DNA from: Polyangiales bacterium
Lineage (GTDB): Bacteria > Myxococcota_A > Polyangia > Polyangiales > Houyiibacteriaceae
DNA length: 64,000 bases
NCBI GenBank assembly: GCA_045106895.1
Contig: JBGCFM010000104.1
Location: 20,757-84,756, forward strand
Direction: 5' to 3'
Made by a program: the position numbers and the translations under genes. The notes below the pieces were generated by a model. That model was not told where the DNA came from, ran no database searches, and saw only the letters and a list, made by a program, of their open reading frames with translations. Shown here one piece after another: positions 22,769 to 31,240 of this stretch. Each line of letters opens with the position of its first letter. Within the stretch, counting starts at the first letter, position 1.

Positions 22769-23584
22769 ATGACGAATGCACAGAACAGGCTCACCGTAAT
22801 CGTAGGCGGAAATGGAAAGACGGGTCGGCGCGTCGCGGAGCGAATGCGTTCCTTGGGCGCACCTGTCCGGACCGTCTCCCCCTCAGCGGATGTGCCCTTC
22901 GACTGGAACGATGAGCTCACCTGGGCCCCTGCCCTCCACGGCGCCGGAGCCCTGTACCTGACGTACCACCCGGACCTCGCCGTCCCGAGCGCCGCGGACC
23001 ACATTCGTCGCGTGTCGCGCCTCGCCGTCGAGATCGGCGTCGAGAAGATTGTCCTCCTGGCGGGACGTGGCGAGCCACAGGTACATCCTGCGGAGACCGC
23101 CGTCCGCGAGTCCGGCGCCGCGTGGACCATTCTCGAGTGCGCGTTCTTCATGCAGAACTTCACGGAGGGAGTGCTCGCGCCGGATGGGGATACCATCGCG
23201 TTCCCCGCCGGCGATATCCGGGAGCCTTTCCTCGACTGCGATGACATCGCGGATGTCGTCGTCGCGGCGCTCACGGACGACGTCCACAACGGGCAGACCT
23301 ACGAGCTGACGGGTCCGCGCCTGATGACCTTCGGCGAAGCCACGATGGCGCTGTCCGGCGCGATGGGACGCCCCTTGCGCTACCTGCCGGTCACCTTTGA
23401 GCAATACGCCAAGGGCTTGTCCGAGCACTTCACACCGCCCGTCGTCGAATTCTTCATCGAGCTCTTTCGCTTCCTCCTCGACGGGCACAACGCGACCCTC
23501 ACCAGCGACGTCGAGCGCGTGCTCGGCCGCCCGGCTCGCGACTTCAACAACTTCGCCCTGCGCGCTGTGAAGGCGCAGCGATGA
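22769..23584 (+). CDS. NmrA family NAD(P)H-binding protein
   Basis: VGGNGKTGRRV; FFMQNF; DIADV; YELTGP; VLGRPARDF. Confidence 0.88.
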   Translation: MTNAQNRLTVIVGGNGKTGRRVAERMRSLGAPVRTVSPSADVPFDWNDELTWAPALHGAGALYLTYHPDLAVPSAADHIRRVSRLAVEIGVEKIVLLAGRGEPQVHPAETAVRESGAAWTILECAFFMQNFTEGVLAPDGDTIAFPAGDIREPFLDCDDIADVVVAALTDDVHNGQTYELTGPRLMTFGEATMALSGAMGRPLRYLPVTFEQYAKGLSEHFTPPVVEFFIELFRFLLDGHNATLTSDVERVLGRPARDFNNFALRAVKAQR

Positions 23585-24066
23585 GTGCCCTCTCCACGAT
23601 GGGCCTATGGGCCGTTGTCATCGGATGCGCCCTGATGGCGGGGCTCTACTTCGCCTTCTCGACGTTCATCATGGCCTCCCTAGAGGCCATCCCAAACTCC
23701 GGCGGCATCGCCGCAATGCAGTCCATCAACCGTGTCATCCTCAAGTCCGCGTTCATGCCGCTCTTCTTCGGCACGTCGCTGGCCAGCCTGGCGCTCGGCG
23801 TCTGGGGCGTCGTCCGCTGGGGCGACTCCGGCTCTCACTTTCTAGTGAGCGGCGGACTCGTCTACGTTGTTGGAATGCTCGGCGTTACAGCGGCCTTCAA
23901 CGTGCCGCTCAACGACGCACTGGATGCCGTGGACGCGTCCTCTCGAGCGTCCCTCGAAGTGTGGTCACGCTATCTCCGGGACTGGACGCGCTGGAACCAC
24001 GTACGCACATTGAGCTCCCTTGCCGCGAGCGCGCTCTTCATCGCTGCTGCCCGAGCGCTCTCTTAG
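23581..24066 (+). CDS. DUF1772 (anthrone oxygenase-like) membrane protein
   Basis: GLYFAFSTFIM, AMQSIN, FNVPLNDAL, WTRWNHVRT; ATGA overlap with the NmrA gene. Confidence 0.88.
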   Translation: MSALSTMGLWAVVIGCALMAGLYFAFSTFIMASLEAIPNSGGIAAMQSINRVILKSAFMPLFFGTSLASLALGVWGVVRWGDSGSHFLVSGGLVYVVGMLGVTAAFNVPLNDALDAVDASSRASLEVWSRYLRDWTRWNHVRTLSSLAASALFIAAARALS

Positions 24067-24246
24067 ATAAGCGGGTTTCAGACCGCTTTGACAACGATGC
24101 TAGTCTCGCGACCTGCCCCGTCTCCTCCTGCTTCTTGTCCTCGCCGCGGCGCTGCCCAACCGTGCCGCTGCGACCGAGCTCACGCCGCCCGCTGGAGCGA
24201 GGCTCATCGACTTCGACGGCGTTCTGGATGCGGTGCAGCGAAGAGA

Positions 24247-24423
24247 CTACTGCGGGTGCTCGAAGGTAGCCAGGCGTCTCCCCTCGCGTTCCTTCAGACG
24301 CGAACGCTGTTCCTGAAGCGTCTGCGACTCCAAGCGCCCCTTTTCGCTGTTCGACTTGTGCGGCTTGCAAAGCAAGCAACCCGCGCGCCGGTCTTTCGTT
24401 CGCTTTCGTTTGTGATGTGCCAT
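24247..24423 (-). CDS. 58-aa basic small protein with CxxC-xx-H motif
   Basis: Own translation MAHHKRKRTKDRRAGCLLCKPHKSNSEKGRLESQTLQEQRSRLKEREGRRLATFEHPQ; AAAGG 7 nt upstream of the ATG; below the ORF-track cutoff. Confidence 0.65.
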   Translation of the reverse strand: MAHHKRKRTKDRRAGCLLCKPHKSNSEKGRLESQTLQEQRSRLKEREGRRLATFEHPQ

Positions 24424-24597
24424 CGAGAGCCTTTCCGCCGCGAGGTCGCGGCTAGGTTATGCTCTCTCCAGACGGGTAACTGGTTCGGTCCATCGCCTCA
24501 CCATAGCCAGCCCGCGCTCCACGGCGCAAACGTGTCATCGTTCCACTCGTTGAAGTCGCCCAACGACGACCTCACTCATCTTCACACCAAGAACGGC

Positions 24598-25386
24598 CTA
24601 CGGCTCGCATCCGCCGTCGACGCACGTTCCCGTCCGGCAATATCCATCCGGGGAAAAGTCCGAACAATCCGCCACGCAGGTGCCCGCGTCGCACGATTCT
24701 TGGAGAAAGCACCAGCCGTCGGGCGCGCCTGCGCTGCACGCGGGCAAACAGTCACCGGCGAGGCATAAGAACCCTTCGTCACACCGGCCGATGATGGCGG
24801 CGTCGCTGCACGTCGCCACGGGGGCCGTGACCCGTGTGCCCTCGGGGGTAAAGATCAGCTCGACGGGTTCGCCGAAGCCGCTCGCCGCGGGAAACGATAC
24901 CCGGCACAAGAGGCCCCGCGAGTCCGTGACTCGCAGAGACTCACTGCAAAGAGCATTTGCCGCCGGCCGGTCGAAGGGAATGCCTGGAACTTCCGCGCCG
25001 CCGTCGAAGCGGAGGAAAAAGCGTTCCGGCGCCGTGGCCACCGGTGGCCCAGACAAGACAGCGACGAGGACGTTCATCTCGTAGAAGCCGTCGAGCAAAC
25101 GCAGCTGATGAGCCGCGAGACGGATGGAGTCCGCCGGTCGCGCGCTGTCGACGCCCACGTCCGTTATCCCCACGACATCACCGGAAGCGTCACCGGCCAA
25201 AGCGGAGTCCGTCGCAGCGGCGTCCATCACCACCACATCTTGGAGCGTCAGCGCGTCCTCCGCGACCATTGCGTCGAGTCCGACATCCGCTTCGCGGGCG
25301 TCCGCGAGCGCAGCGTCCGGGTCTGCGATGGCGAAGTCCTCTCGGCACCCGGAGAGAACGAAGAGCAAAAGAAGGAGCCTGCGCAT
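24598..25386 (-). CDS. Cys-rich putative lipoprotein
   Basis: MRRLLLLLFVLSGC lipobox; C-terminal CS..PDGxC repeats. Confidence 0.7.
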   Translation of the reverse strand: MRRLLLLLFVLSGCREDFAIADPDAALADAREADVGLDAMVAEDALTLQDVVVMDAAATDSALAGDASGDVVGITDVGVDSARPADSIRLAAHQLRLLDGFYEMNVLVAVLSGPPVATAPERFFLRFDGGAEVPGIPFDRPAANALCSESLRVTDSRGLLCRVSFPAASGFGEPVELIFTPEGTRVTAPVATCSDAAIIGRCDEGFLCLAGDCLPACSAGAPDGWCFLQESCDAGTCVADCSDFSPDGYCRTGTCVDGGCEP

Positions 25387-25491
25387 CGAATTCGCATAGC
25401 TGAAACGCGTACTCCAACAAGGTCTCGTCGTAGGGGTGGCGGGTCTAAGATCGCGCGCAACGTTCAGCCGTTTGTCAAAAGTCCGAGGCTT

Positions 25492-25875
25492 TTATCGGTC
25501 ACGGCGAAACGCTTCGTGGATGTAGCTATCGTCATGGGGTGGGAGGGCGTCTTCCCTCGCTTGTTCCTGCCGTAGATGCACAATCTCAGCGCAGTTCTCG
25601 ACGCCATGGGCATCCAGCAGTTGCTGAAGATTCTCAATGGCGCGGTGGCCGTCTGCATCTGCATGGATCCGGTTCAGTTCAGCCAAGGTATCTACGTTCG
25701 TGATGCGTTCGTGGCGCCACGAAATTAGGCCGTACATGGTTTGGCGCCACTCTTCCGGCATCGTGTCACGGGACGAACAGTACTCTCGCAAGGCGTCCGG
25801 TGCGGACTGCGAACATCCAAGCGAGACCAAGAGTAGTAACGGAATGAAGGCTCGAAGATCGAAGTACATGTTCAT
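25492..25875 (-). CDS. Putative lipoprotein
   Basis: LLLLVSLGC lipobox. Confidence 0.55.
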   Translation of the reverse strand: MNMYFDLRAFIPLLLLVSLGCSQSAPDALREYCSSRDTMPEEWRQTMYGLISWRHERITNVDTLAELNRIHADADGHRAIENLQQLLDAHGVENCAEIVHLRQEQAREDALPPHDDSYIHEAFRRDR

Positions 25876-25994
25876 ACCAACGGCGGGGCGCTCGTCGGCA
25901 GAATGCCTCGAAACGAATCTGGGCAGAAGCTCCGCGCATCACTCGAGCAGAAACGCCCGCTGCGAATCGGCGCCTTAGGGGGTAGAGTTTGACG

Positions 25995-26399
25995 ATGAGC
26001 ACTCAGGCTTCGCAGACGACGCAGTTTTGGTTGGCCCACTTCGAGTCGGAGGAAACTCGGTCCGAGTTCTTCGAGGAGCGCTTCGGCCAGGACGACGACG
26101 ACGCGCCAGTGTCGAGGTTCGTGGGAAGCCAGCAACAACGATGGCTCGATCACGACTTCACTGAAATCCATCATTCCGACTCGCTGGCAGCAGCCCTTCA
26201 GTCGCTTCAGACCTACGCTAAGGACCCAAGCTGGATCGATAGAGTGAATGCGAGCTTTGGCAGCCACAGCAAGTCCGGCTGCTTTGCCCTCGTCTTGTCC
26301 TCATACGACTCTAAATCCCGGGGAATCAGGCGACCGCAATCCGCCCGAGACGAGGGTGTGCAGCTGCTCTTTCTGGGCGAAACCGCGAGCCCGTTCTAG
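25995..26399 (+). CDS. Imm22-like immunity protein
   Basis: FWLAHFESEE...FFEE...DDDAPVSRF...WLDHDFTE pattern resembles Immunity protein 22. Confidence 0.6.
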   Translation: MSTQASQTTQFWLAHFESEETRSEFFEERFGQDDDDAPVSRFVGSQQQRWLDHDFTEIHHSDSLAAALQSLQTYAKDPSWIDRVNASFGSHSKSGCFALVLSSYDSKSRGIRRPQSARDEGVQLLFLGETASPF

Positions 26400-27235
26400 C
26401 GCCCCGGAACGCGGGCCAGGCCAGGGCACTCGGAGCGGGCCAAGGGAAGAGCGAACCGATAGCGTACTTGGGTGTCCGTGCCGCTGGAGGGAGGAAACTC
26501 GAGGGAACGGATTTCGCTCATCGCGCAGGCGACGCGTTCTGAATCGGCGTCACCGTGGATGAGAGCGACGGTGCCGATTCCCCCGCTTGCAGGCGCGTCG
26601 ATCTCAAACGTCAGCGCTACGTTCGCGTCGGCGCTCCCTTCGACCTCTCCGGCGAGACACGACTCGATGCGCAGGCGAGCCCGCCGAATGAGACGCTCCA
26701 CCTCTCGCTCCGAGAGGGGTCCGGTTACGCTGACAAGTCGGCTGTGCACACTCGTCGGGCGCGGGCGCGATCGACAAACCCCCGCATCACAAAAAGCCTC
26801 CAGGGGCGAATAGCCACCACCACATTCTGTGGCCAGATCGCCCAGGTCGCGCGTCCCGTCGTCGCAAGCCGAGTTCCCCTCGCAGAACTCGGCGAGGCGC
26901 GTCGCGAACTCACAGTTGTAAGCGAAGGCCGGCGGTCCGCAGCGATGGTCCGCGCAGCTCCGATAGTCCGTCCGCAGCAACACACATTGCGTGTCGCCTT
27001 CGCAGCCCGAGCGCTGAACTTCCACCGTGCCCCCTATGCCACATGCACCGACGGACGACTCAGGCTGAGCGTTGCTCTCTTCCTCCTCGTTGGAACGGTG
27101 CTCCGCATTCGACGCAGGCTCCATGCTCAACGCGGCTTCAGGGTTCGCCTCGGAGGTCTCGCGCCCGTCCGAAGCCGGTCTGCCGTCGCAGCCGAGATGC
27201 AAGACCAGGAACGATAGAAACCCAAGTCGAAGCAT
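26396..27235 (-). CDS. Lipoprotein with AgmX/PglI (TonB C-terminal-like) domain
   Basis: LVLHLGC lipobox; GPLSEREVERLIRR...IESCL...VALTFEID...ACAMSEIRSLEFPP...VRYRF. Confidence 0.65.
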   Translation of the reverse strand: MLRLGFLSFLVLHLGCDGRPASDGRETSEANPEAALSMEPASNAEHRSNEEEESNAQPESSVGACGIGGTVEVQRSGCEGDTQCVLLRTDYRSCADHRCGPPAFAYNCEFATRLAEFCEGNSACDDGTRDLGDLATECGGGYSPLEAFCDAGVCRSRPRPTSVHSRLVSVTGPLSEREVERLIRRARLRIESCLAGEVEGSADANVALTFEIDAPASGGIGTVALIHGDADSERVACAMSEIRSLEFPPSSGTDTQVRYRFALPLARSECPGLARVPGR

Positions 27236-27383
27236 CGAAAACACACTAGCGTTTAAGCGGCAAAAACAAAGCGATCGAATGGTTCTACGCAAATCCACAA
27301 AACGCGACTCAGACGTCTTGGGACTCGCCGACAAGGAGCTTTCAGCATTTGGAGAACGACCGGTCACGCGCTATTAAGTCGCC

Positions 27384-29564
27384 ATGTTGAATCAACGGCT
27401 GCGACGGCCCCTCTCCGCACTCGCCTTCCTCCTACTCGTCACCGCCTGCGGCGATGATGACGGCGGCACAAGCGACGGCGGCATGAGCGATGGCGCCGTG
27501 AGCGATGCCGTGAGCGATTCGTCTCCAGGTATCGACGCGCCCGGCGACCCCTGTAACGGAGTGCCCGCCGAGGAGCGCTGCACCGAGACCCAATGTGAAG
27601 GCGCGACGCTCGCGATATGCGAAGCCAACGAAGCGGGTTGTCTTGTGCGACAAGACGTCAACTGCGCGGCGACCACGGGCGGACATTGCGACCCGATGTC
27701 CCGTTCTTGTCTGGGCGGCGAGTGTGGAGATGTACCAGCGTGTCGGAGCAGTAGCGAATGCGACGGCGACAACTTGGTCGGCTGCGCACCCGATGCCTTG
27801 GGCTGTCTCGAAGAGACATCCACGGACTGCGCGGCGACGGGACTCGAGTGCCGAGTCAGCGCAGCGGGCGCGACCTGCGTCCCTTCCAGCGGATGCAACC
27901 ACGAGTGTGATGTCGTGGGCCTGTCCTGCGAGAGGTTCGCGGTGCTTACCTGCAGCGAGAACGCGTCCGGTTGCCGTCGCCTGGAGCGAGACGCTTGCGG
28001 ACTCGGATGCACGGAAGAGCCGACGCCGAGGTGTCTGGGCGACGAGGCCTCCGAATGCGGAGACTCCGTCGTGGAAGGGGACGAAACGTGCGACGACGGC
28101 AATGCAGCCGCGGGCGATGGCTGCTCCAGCTTCTGCGCCGTGGAAGCCGGCTACGTCTGCGAAGACGGCACGGACTGCCGATTGAGCTGCGGTGATGGCA
28201 GCGTCAACGGCGACGACGAGTGCGACGATGGCGGCACCGCGGACGGCGACGGTTGCTCATCCAGCTGCACCGTCGAGGCGGGTTACACCTGCGAAGACAC
28301 CGGCGCAGGCAGCGTCTGCTCGCTCAGCTGTGGCAATGGCATCCGAGAGGCGGGCGATGAATGCGACGACGGCGGGAACGTGGACGGCGACGGTTGTTCG
28401 GCAACCTGCGAACTTGAGGCCGGTTTCACTTGCCAGGGCGACGAACCCACCCGTTGCGCCGTCAACTTCGCGGTTGATGACGGGATCCTCGAGGACACGG
28501 ACGAGCCGTGGACTCGCCCGACCGAAGAGTGCGGCGCGTCCAGCACCGACACTGTGTTCGACTCTTTCTCCTACACCAACACAACGCCCGATACGCAGCG
28601 GGTGTCCGTGCTGGCGGACTTCGATTTCGATGGCTACCTCTTCGTTTTCGATGCCGCGCCCGACGGAGACAACCCATTGACCGCTTGCCGCGCCGGGGAC
28701 GATGACTTTGGCGACATCAGCGCAGCACGTGTCACCGCCATCGTGGTGCCAGCAGGCGAGACGATTCACGTCGTGATCTCTTCCTACGAGAGCGGCCGCG
28801 GCAACTACTCGTTCGCCATCTACGACAGTGCGTTCGCCTGTGGCAACGACATCATCGAAGCTTCCTCGGGTGAACGCTGTGACGATGGAAACCGCACCGA
28901 CGGCGACGGTTGCTCGGCGATCTGCGGGGTCGAAGCCGGCTACACTTGCGCCGGCGAACCCTCCACATGCCGCCTCACGGTGTGCGGAGATGGCTTCGTC
29001 GAAGGCGGCGAAGCATGCGACGACGGCAACGAGGTCGTGGACGATGGCTGCACTTTGTGTGTGCAGGATGCTGGGTACTTTTGCTCCGGACAGCCGAGCT
29101 CCTGTGAACCCCAGGTATGCGGCAACTCCATCGTCGAGGCCGGAGAAGTCTGCGACCACGGCGGGATCGTGGGGGCCGACGGGTGCGCAGCAGATTGCTT
29201 CAGCGCGGTGTTCACCGGCTCATTGAACGCCGCCAGCCCACTCTGGGACCGCCCCGGTCAGAGCTGCACGGGCTCGAGCATTGGCCACCACTACGGGGTG
29301 TTTCCCTTCGAGTGGGAGGGCGCGGCGGACGCCAGTCTTCTTTGGACCGTCGAATGGTCCGGAGTAGATGGCTACCTGCACATCTACGACGGTTTCGATG
29401 CCGCCATGCCCATGGACGGCTGCCTCATCGGCAACGACGACGCTGGAAGACGCTCACGCAGCCAAGTGCGCCAGTCCATTGGCAGCGGAGAAACCCAAGA
29501 GGCCATCCTCTCCACGTACGAAGCAGGCGACACCGGCGACTGGACCTTGACTATCTCTCGCTAA
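27384..29564 (+). CDS. Myxococcus cysteine-rich repeat (DUF4215) lipoprotein
   Basis: LLLVTAC lipobox; six CG[DN]x(3-7)ExCD[DH]G...DGC repeats with two DGYL-containing beta domains. Confidence 0.88.
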   Translation: MLNQRLRRPLSALAFLLLVTACGDDDGGTSDGGMSDGAVSDAVSDSSPGIDAPGDPCNGVPAEERCTETQCEGATLAICEANEAGCLVRQDVNCAATTGGHCDPMSRSCLGGECGDVPACRSSSECDGDNLVGCAPDALGCLEETSTDCAATGLECRVSAAGATCVPSSGCNHECDVVGLSCERFAVLTCSENASGCRRLERDACGLGCTEEPTPRCLGDEASECGDSVVEGDETCDDGNAAAGDGCSSFCAVEAGYVCEDGTDCRLSCGDGSVNGDDECDDGGTADGDGCSSSCTVEAGYTCEDTGAGSVCSLSCGNGIREAGDECDDGGNVDGDGCSATCELEAGFTCQGDEPTRCAVNFAVDDGILEDTDEPWTRPTEECGASSTDTVFDSFSYTNTTPDTQRVSVLADFDFDGYLFVFDAAPDGDNPLTACRAGDDDFGDISAARVTAIVVPAGETIHVVISSYESGRGNYSFAIYDSAFACGNDIIEASSGERCDDGNRTDGDGCSAICGVEAGYTCAGEPSTCRLTVCGDGFVEGGEACDDGNEVVDDGCTLCVQDAGYFCSGQPSSCEPQVCGNSIVEAGEVCDHGGIVGADGCAADCFSAVFTGSLNAASPLWDRPGQSCTGSSIGHHYGVFPFEWEGAADASLLWTVEWSGVDGYLHIYDGFDAAMPMDGCLIGNDDAGRRSRSQVRQSIGSGETQEAILSTYEAGDTGDWTLTISR

Positions 29565-29578
29565 AGCAGTCCGCTCGG

Positions 29579-29902
29579 TCAGCCAAGACCGAGCGCGACA
29601 CAGGCTTCCTCGAGTTGCTCCTCCGTCGCCTCCGAATCGGCGTCGATGGGATGGAGCCACCAATCGAGAAGGCTCGCGTCCCAGCCAGCAGGTGCGGGAA
29701 CGAGGGTCTCGACGTAGCGCTGCCGCGGTTGACGTTCGAGGGCGACGAGCCAACCCCAGAACAGAGTCAGGTAGTCCTCCCCGCCCCCCATTCGCCAGGC
29801 GACGGCCCCTGGCGGGAAGTCAGGAAAGACAACCCACGGCGGCGGTAGCTTCCCTTCGACTCCCTGGCGAGCTCGTTCAACGAGGTCCTCCGGAATTCGC
29901 AT
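29579..29902 (-). CDS. Hypothetical protein with PPW...WRMGxGEDY motif
   Basis: PPPWVVFPDFPPGAVAWRMGGGEDYL...PAPAGW, a conserved-looking module. Confidence 0.65.
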   Translation of the reverse strand: MRIPEDLVERARQGVEGKLPPPWVVFPDFPPGAVAWRMGGGEDYLTLFWGWLVALERQPRQRYVETLVPAPAGWDASLLDWWLHPIDADSEATEEQLEEACVALGLG

Positions 29903-29961
29903 CCGGCAGCTTAGCATCGGACGCGCTTGCGACAGCCCTCGCGAATGTGCATAGACACGTG

Positions 29962-30276
29962 ATGGCGAACGAGGGAAAGCCAGAGCTACTTGAGCACAAC
30001 GGGCGCTCCCTCACGCCGCGTGAGTGGGCGGCTGAGTTTGAGATGAGCGTCCGAGACTTCGACGTGGTCCGTCAGCGCGGAATTCCCCTCGCTGATCTCG
30101 AGGGAGGGTGGCGCGCGGACCCAGAGTGGCCACGACACGTCCAATGGAACCACGGCAAAGTTCTCCGTCTGCGAGACCTGCACGCCCGCGGTGACTCCAT
30201 CGGACAGCTGAGCAGGCTGATGGGCTGCACCGTTGGCTCCGTCGTGTCGAAGCTGCGAGGGTTGGGCCTTCTGTGA
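29962..30276 (+). CDS. Small double-HTH protein with GcrA-like C-terminal HTH
   Basis: LEHNGRSLTPREWAAEF (phage-type HTH-like) plus WNHGKVLRLRDLHARGDSIGQLSRLMGCTVGSVVSKLRGLGL. Confidence 0.6.
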   Translation: MANEGKPELLEHNGRSLTPREWAAEFEMSVRDFDVVRQRGIPLADLEGGWRADPEWPRHVQWNHGKVLRLRDLHARGDSIGQLSRLMGCTVGSVVSKLRGLGLL

Positions 30277-30376
30277 TCGTCGTCTACGCGCCCTCCCAAA
30301 CGGTGAGCATCCGCAAGCGCGCTTGAGGGTTCACGATCACGTGCGCACGCGCAGCCGGCGATGGTAGACGCGAGGC

Positions 30377-30649
30377 ATGAATAACAAGATTCTCCTCGCC
30401 CTCTTCTTCGGTGCTGTCGTTGGCTGCGTCGCGAACGAAGCCGTTCGCGCAGGTACCGTCACTGCTCAAGCCACCCCTGGTACATCTGCACCGGGTCAGT
30501 TCCGAGAGTGTGTTGCCTATGTGATCGGCCATGACTCGGATCCTGAGGACCTCGCTGCAAATGCGGAGCCGTTGCCTTCTGGCTGGACTGCGGTTGGCGG
30601 TGGCGGGATTGGCAATCGGAGCGTCCCCTCCGTCATTCTTTGCCGCTGA
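30377..30649 (+). CDS. Small secreted protein
   Basis: GAGG RBS; signal-like MNNKILLALFFGAVVGC; LPSGWTAVGGGG...ILCR. Confidence 0.6.
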   Translation: MNNKILLALFFGAVVGCVANEAVRAGTVTAQATPGTSAPGQFRECVAYVIGHDSDPEDLAANAEPLPSGWTAVGGGGIGNRSVPSVILCR

Positions 30650-30686
30650 CTCGATCTCGCTCAGTGCGAGCCGGCCAGAAACGCGT

Positions 30687-30719
30687 TTGGCCCGCTGATG
30701 TTTCCATCAAGCGGGCCAA
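30687..30719. terminator. Stem-loop between convergent gene and tRNA-Pro (probable terminator)
   Basis: TTGGCCCGCTGATG-TTTC-CATCA(A)GCGGGCCAA with one bulge. Confidence 0.55.
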
Positions 30720-30754
30720 GTCACGTTCATCCTTTTGGGTACAGGATTCTATTT

Positions 30755-30831
30755 TGGTCGGGGCGGCCAGATTCGAACTGACGACTTCATGCTCCCAAAG
30801 CAAGCACTCTACCAGGCTGAGTTACGCCCCG
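30755..30831 (-). tRNA. tRNA-Pro (TGG)
   Basis: CGGGGCGTAACTCAGCCTGGTAGAGTGCTTGCTTTGGGAGCATGAAGTCGTCAGTTCGAATCTGGCCGCCCCGACCA; 77 nt, cloverleaf, CCA encoded. Confidence 0.95.
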
Positions 30832-30906
30832 AACGCCGGTTATCTAGCAGGGGTTTGACCGACGACAAGGACGAAATGAGGAAAAGTTCCGTTCTTTGAA
30901 GAACCC

Positions 30907-31161
30907 TCAGACTGCGAGCTCTTCTTCGCTCAATGCCCAGCGGATCCAGAGGGCTGCAAGGCTCTCCATGACGTCCCCGAGGACCACAATTACGCGGTGC
31001 GGGCCGTCTTTGACGACCATCACGTCTTCGAAGGGGGAGTCTTTCTTGGTGAAGACCTGAATTCCGAGGCTCTCGGCCCGGGCGATCACATCGCCGAGGG
31101 CGCCGGAGCCGTCGGTGGGCCGAACGCGTCGGGCGGGGCGTGAGTCGTTGTCGTCCTGCAT
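30907..31161 (-). CDS. Hypothetical protein
   Basis: 84-aa ORF with protein-like composition, co-oriented with its neighbours. Confidence 0.5.
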   Translation of the reverse strand: MQDDNDSRPARRVRPTDGSGALGDVIARAESLGIQVFTKKDSPFEDVMVVKDGPHRVIVVLGDVMESLAALWIRWALSEEELAV

Positions 31162-31240
31162 GCATCAGGAACGCGCGCGCCGGGGTGGTGATTCCCTGGC
31201 AGGTGTCGAATTTGTGGGGCCGACGTTCCGCGCCGGGGCG

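Noticed and set aside
24498..24575. Minus-strand peptide LGDFNEWNDD resembling an EEP or CBM48 motif
   Set aside because: Only ~25 codons between stops; could be chance or a tiny relic.
24066..30754. Integron-like cassette array
   Set aside because: Genes switch orientation; no attC-like repeats and no intI seen.
30755..30831. U-U mismatch in the tRNA-Pro anticodon stem as a sign of a pseudo-tRNA
   Set aside because: All other arms and the CCA end are intact; single mismatches are tolerated.
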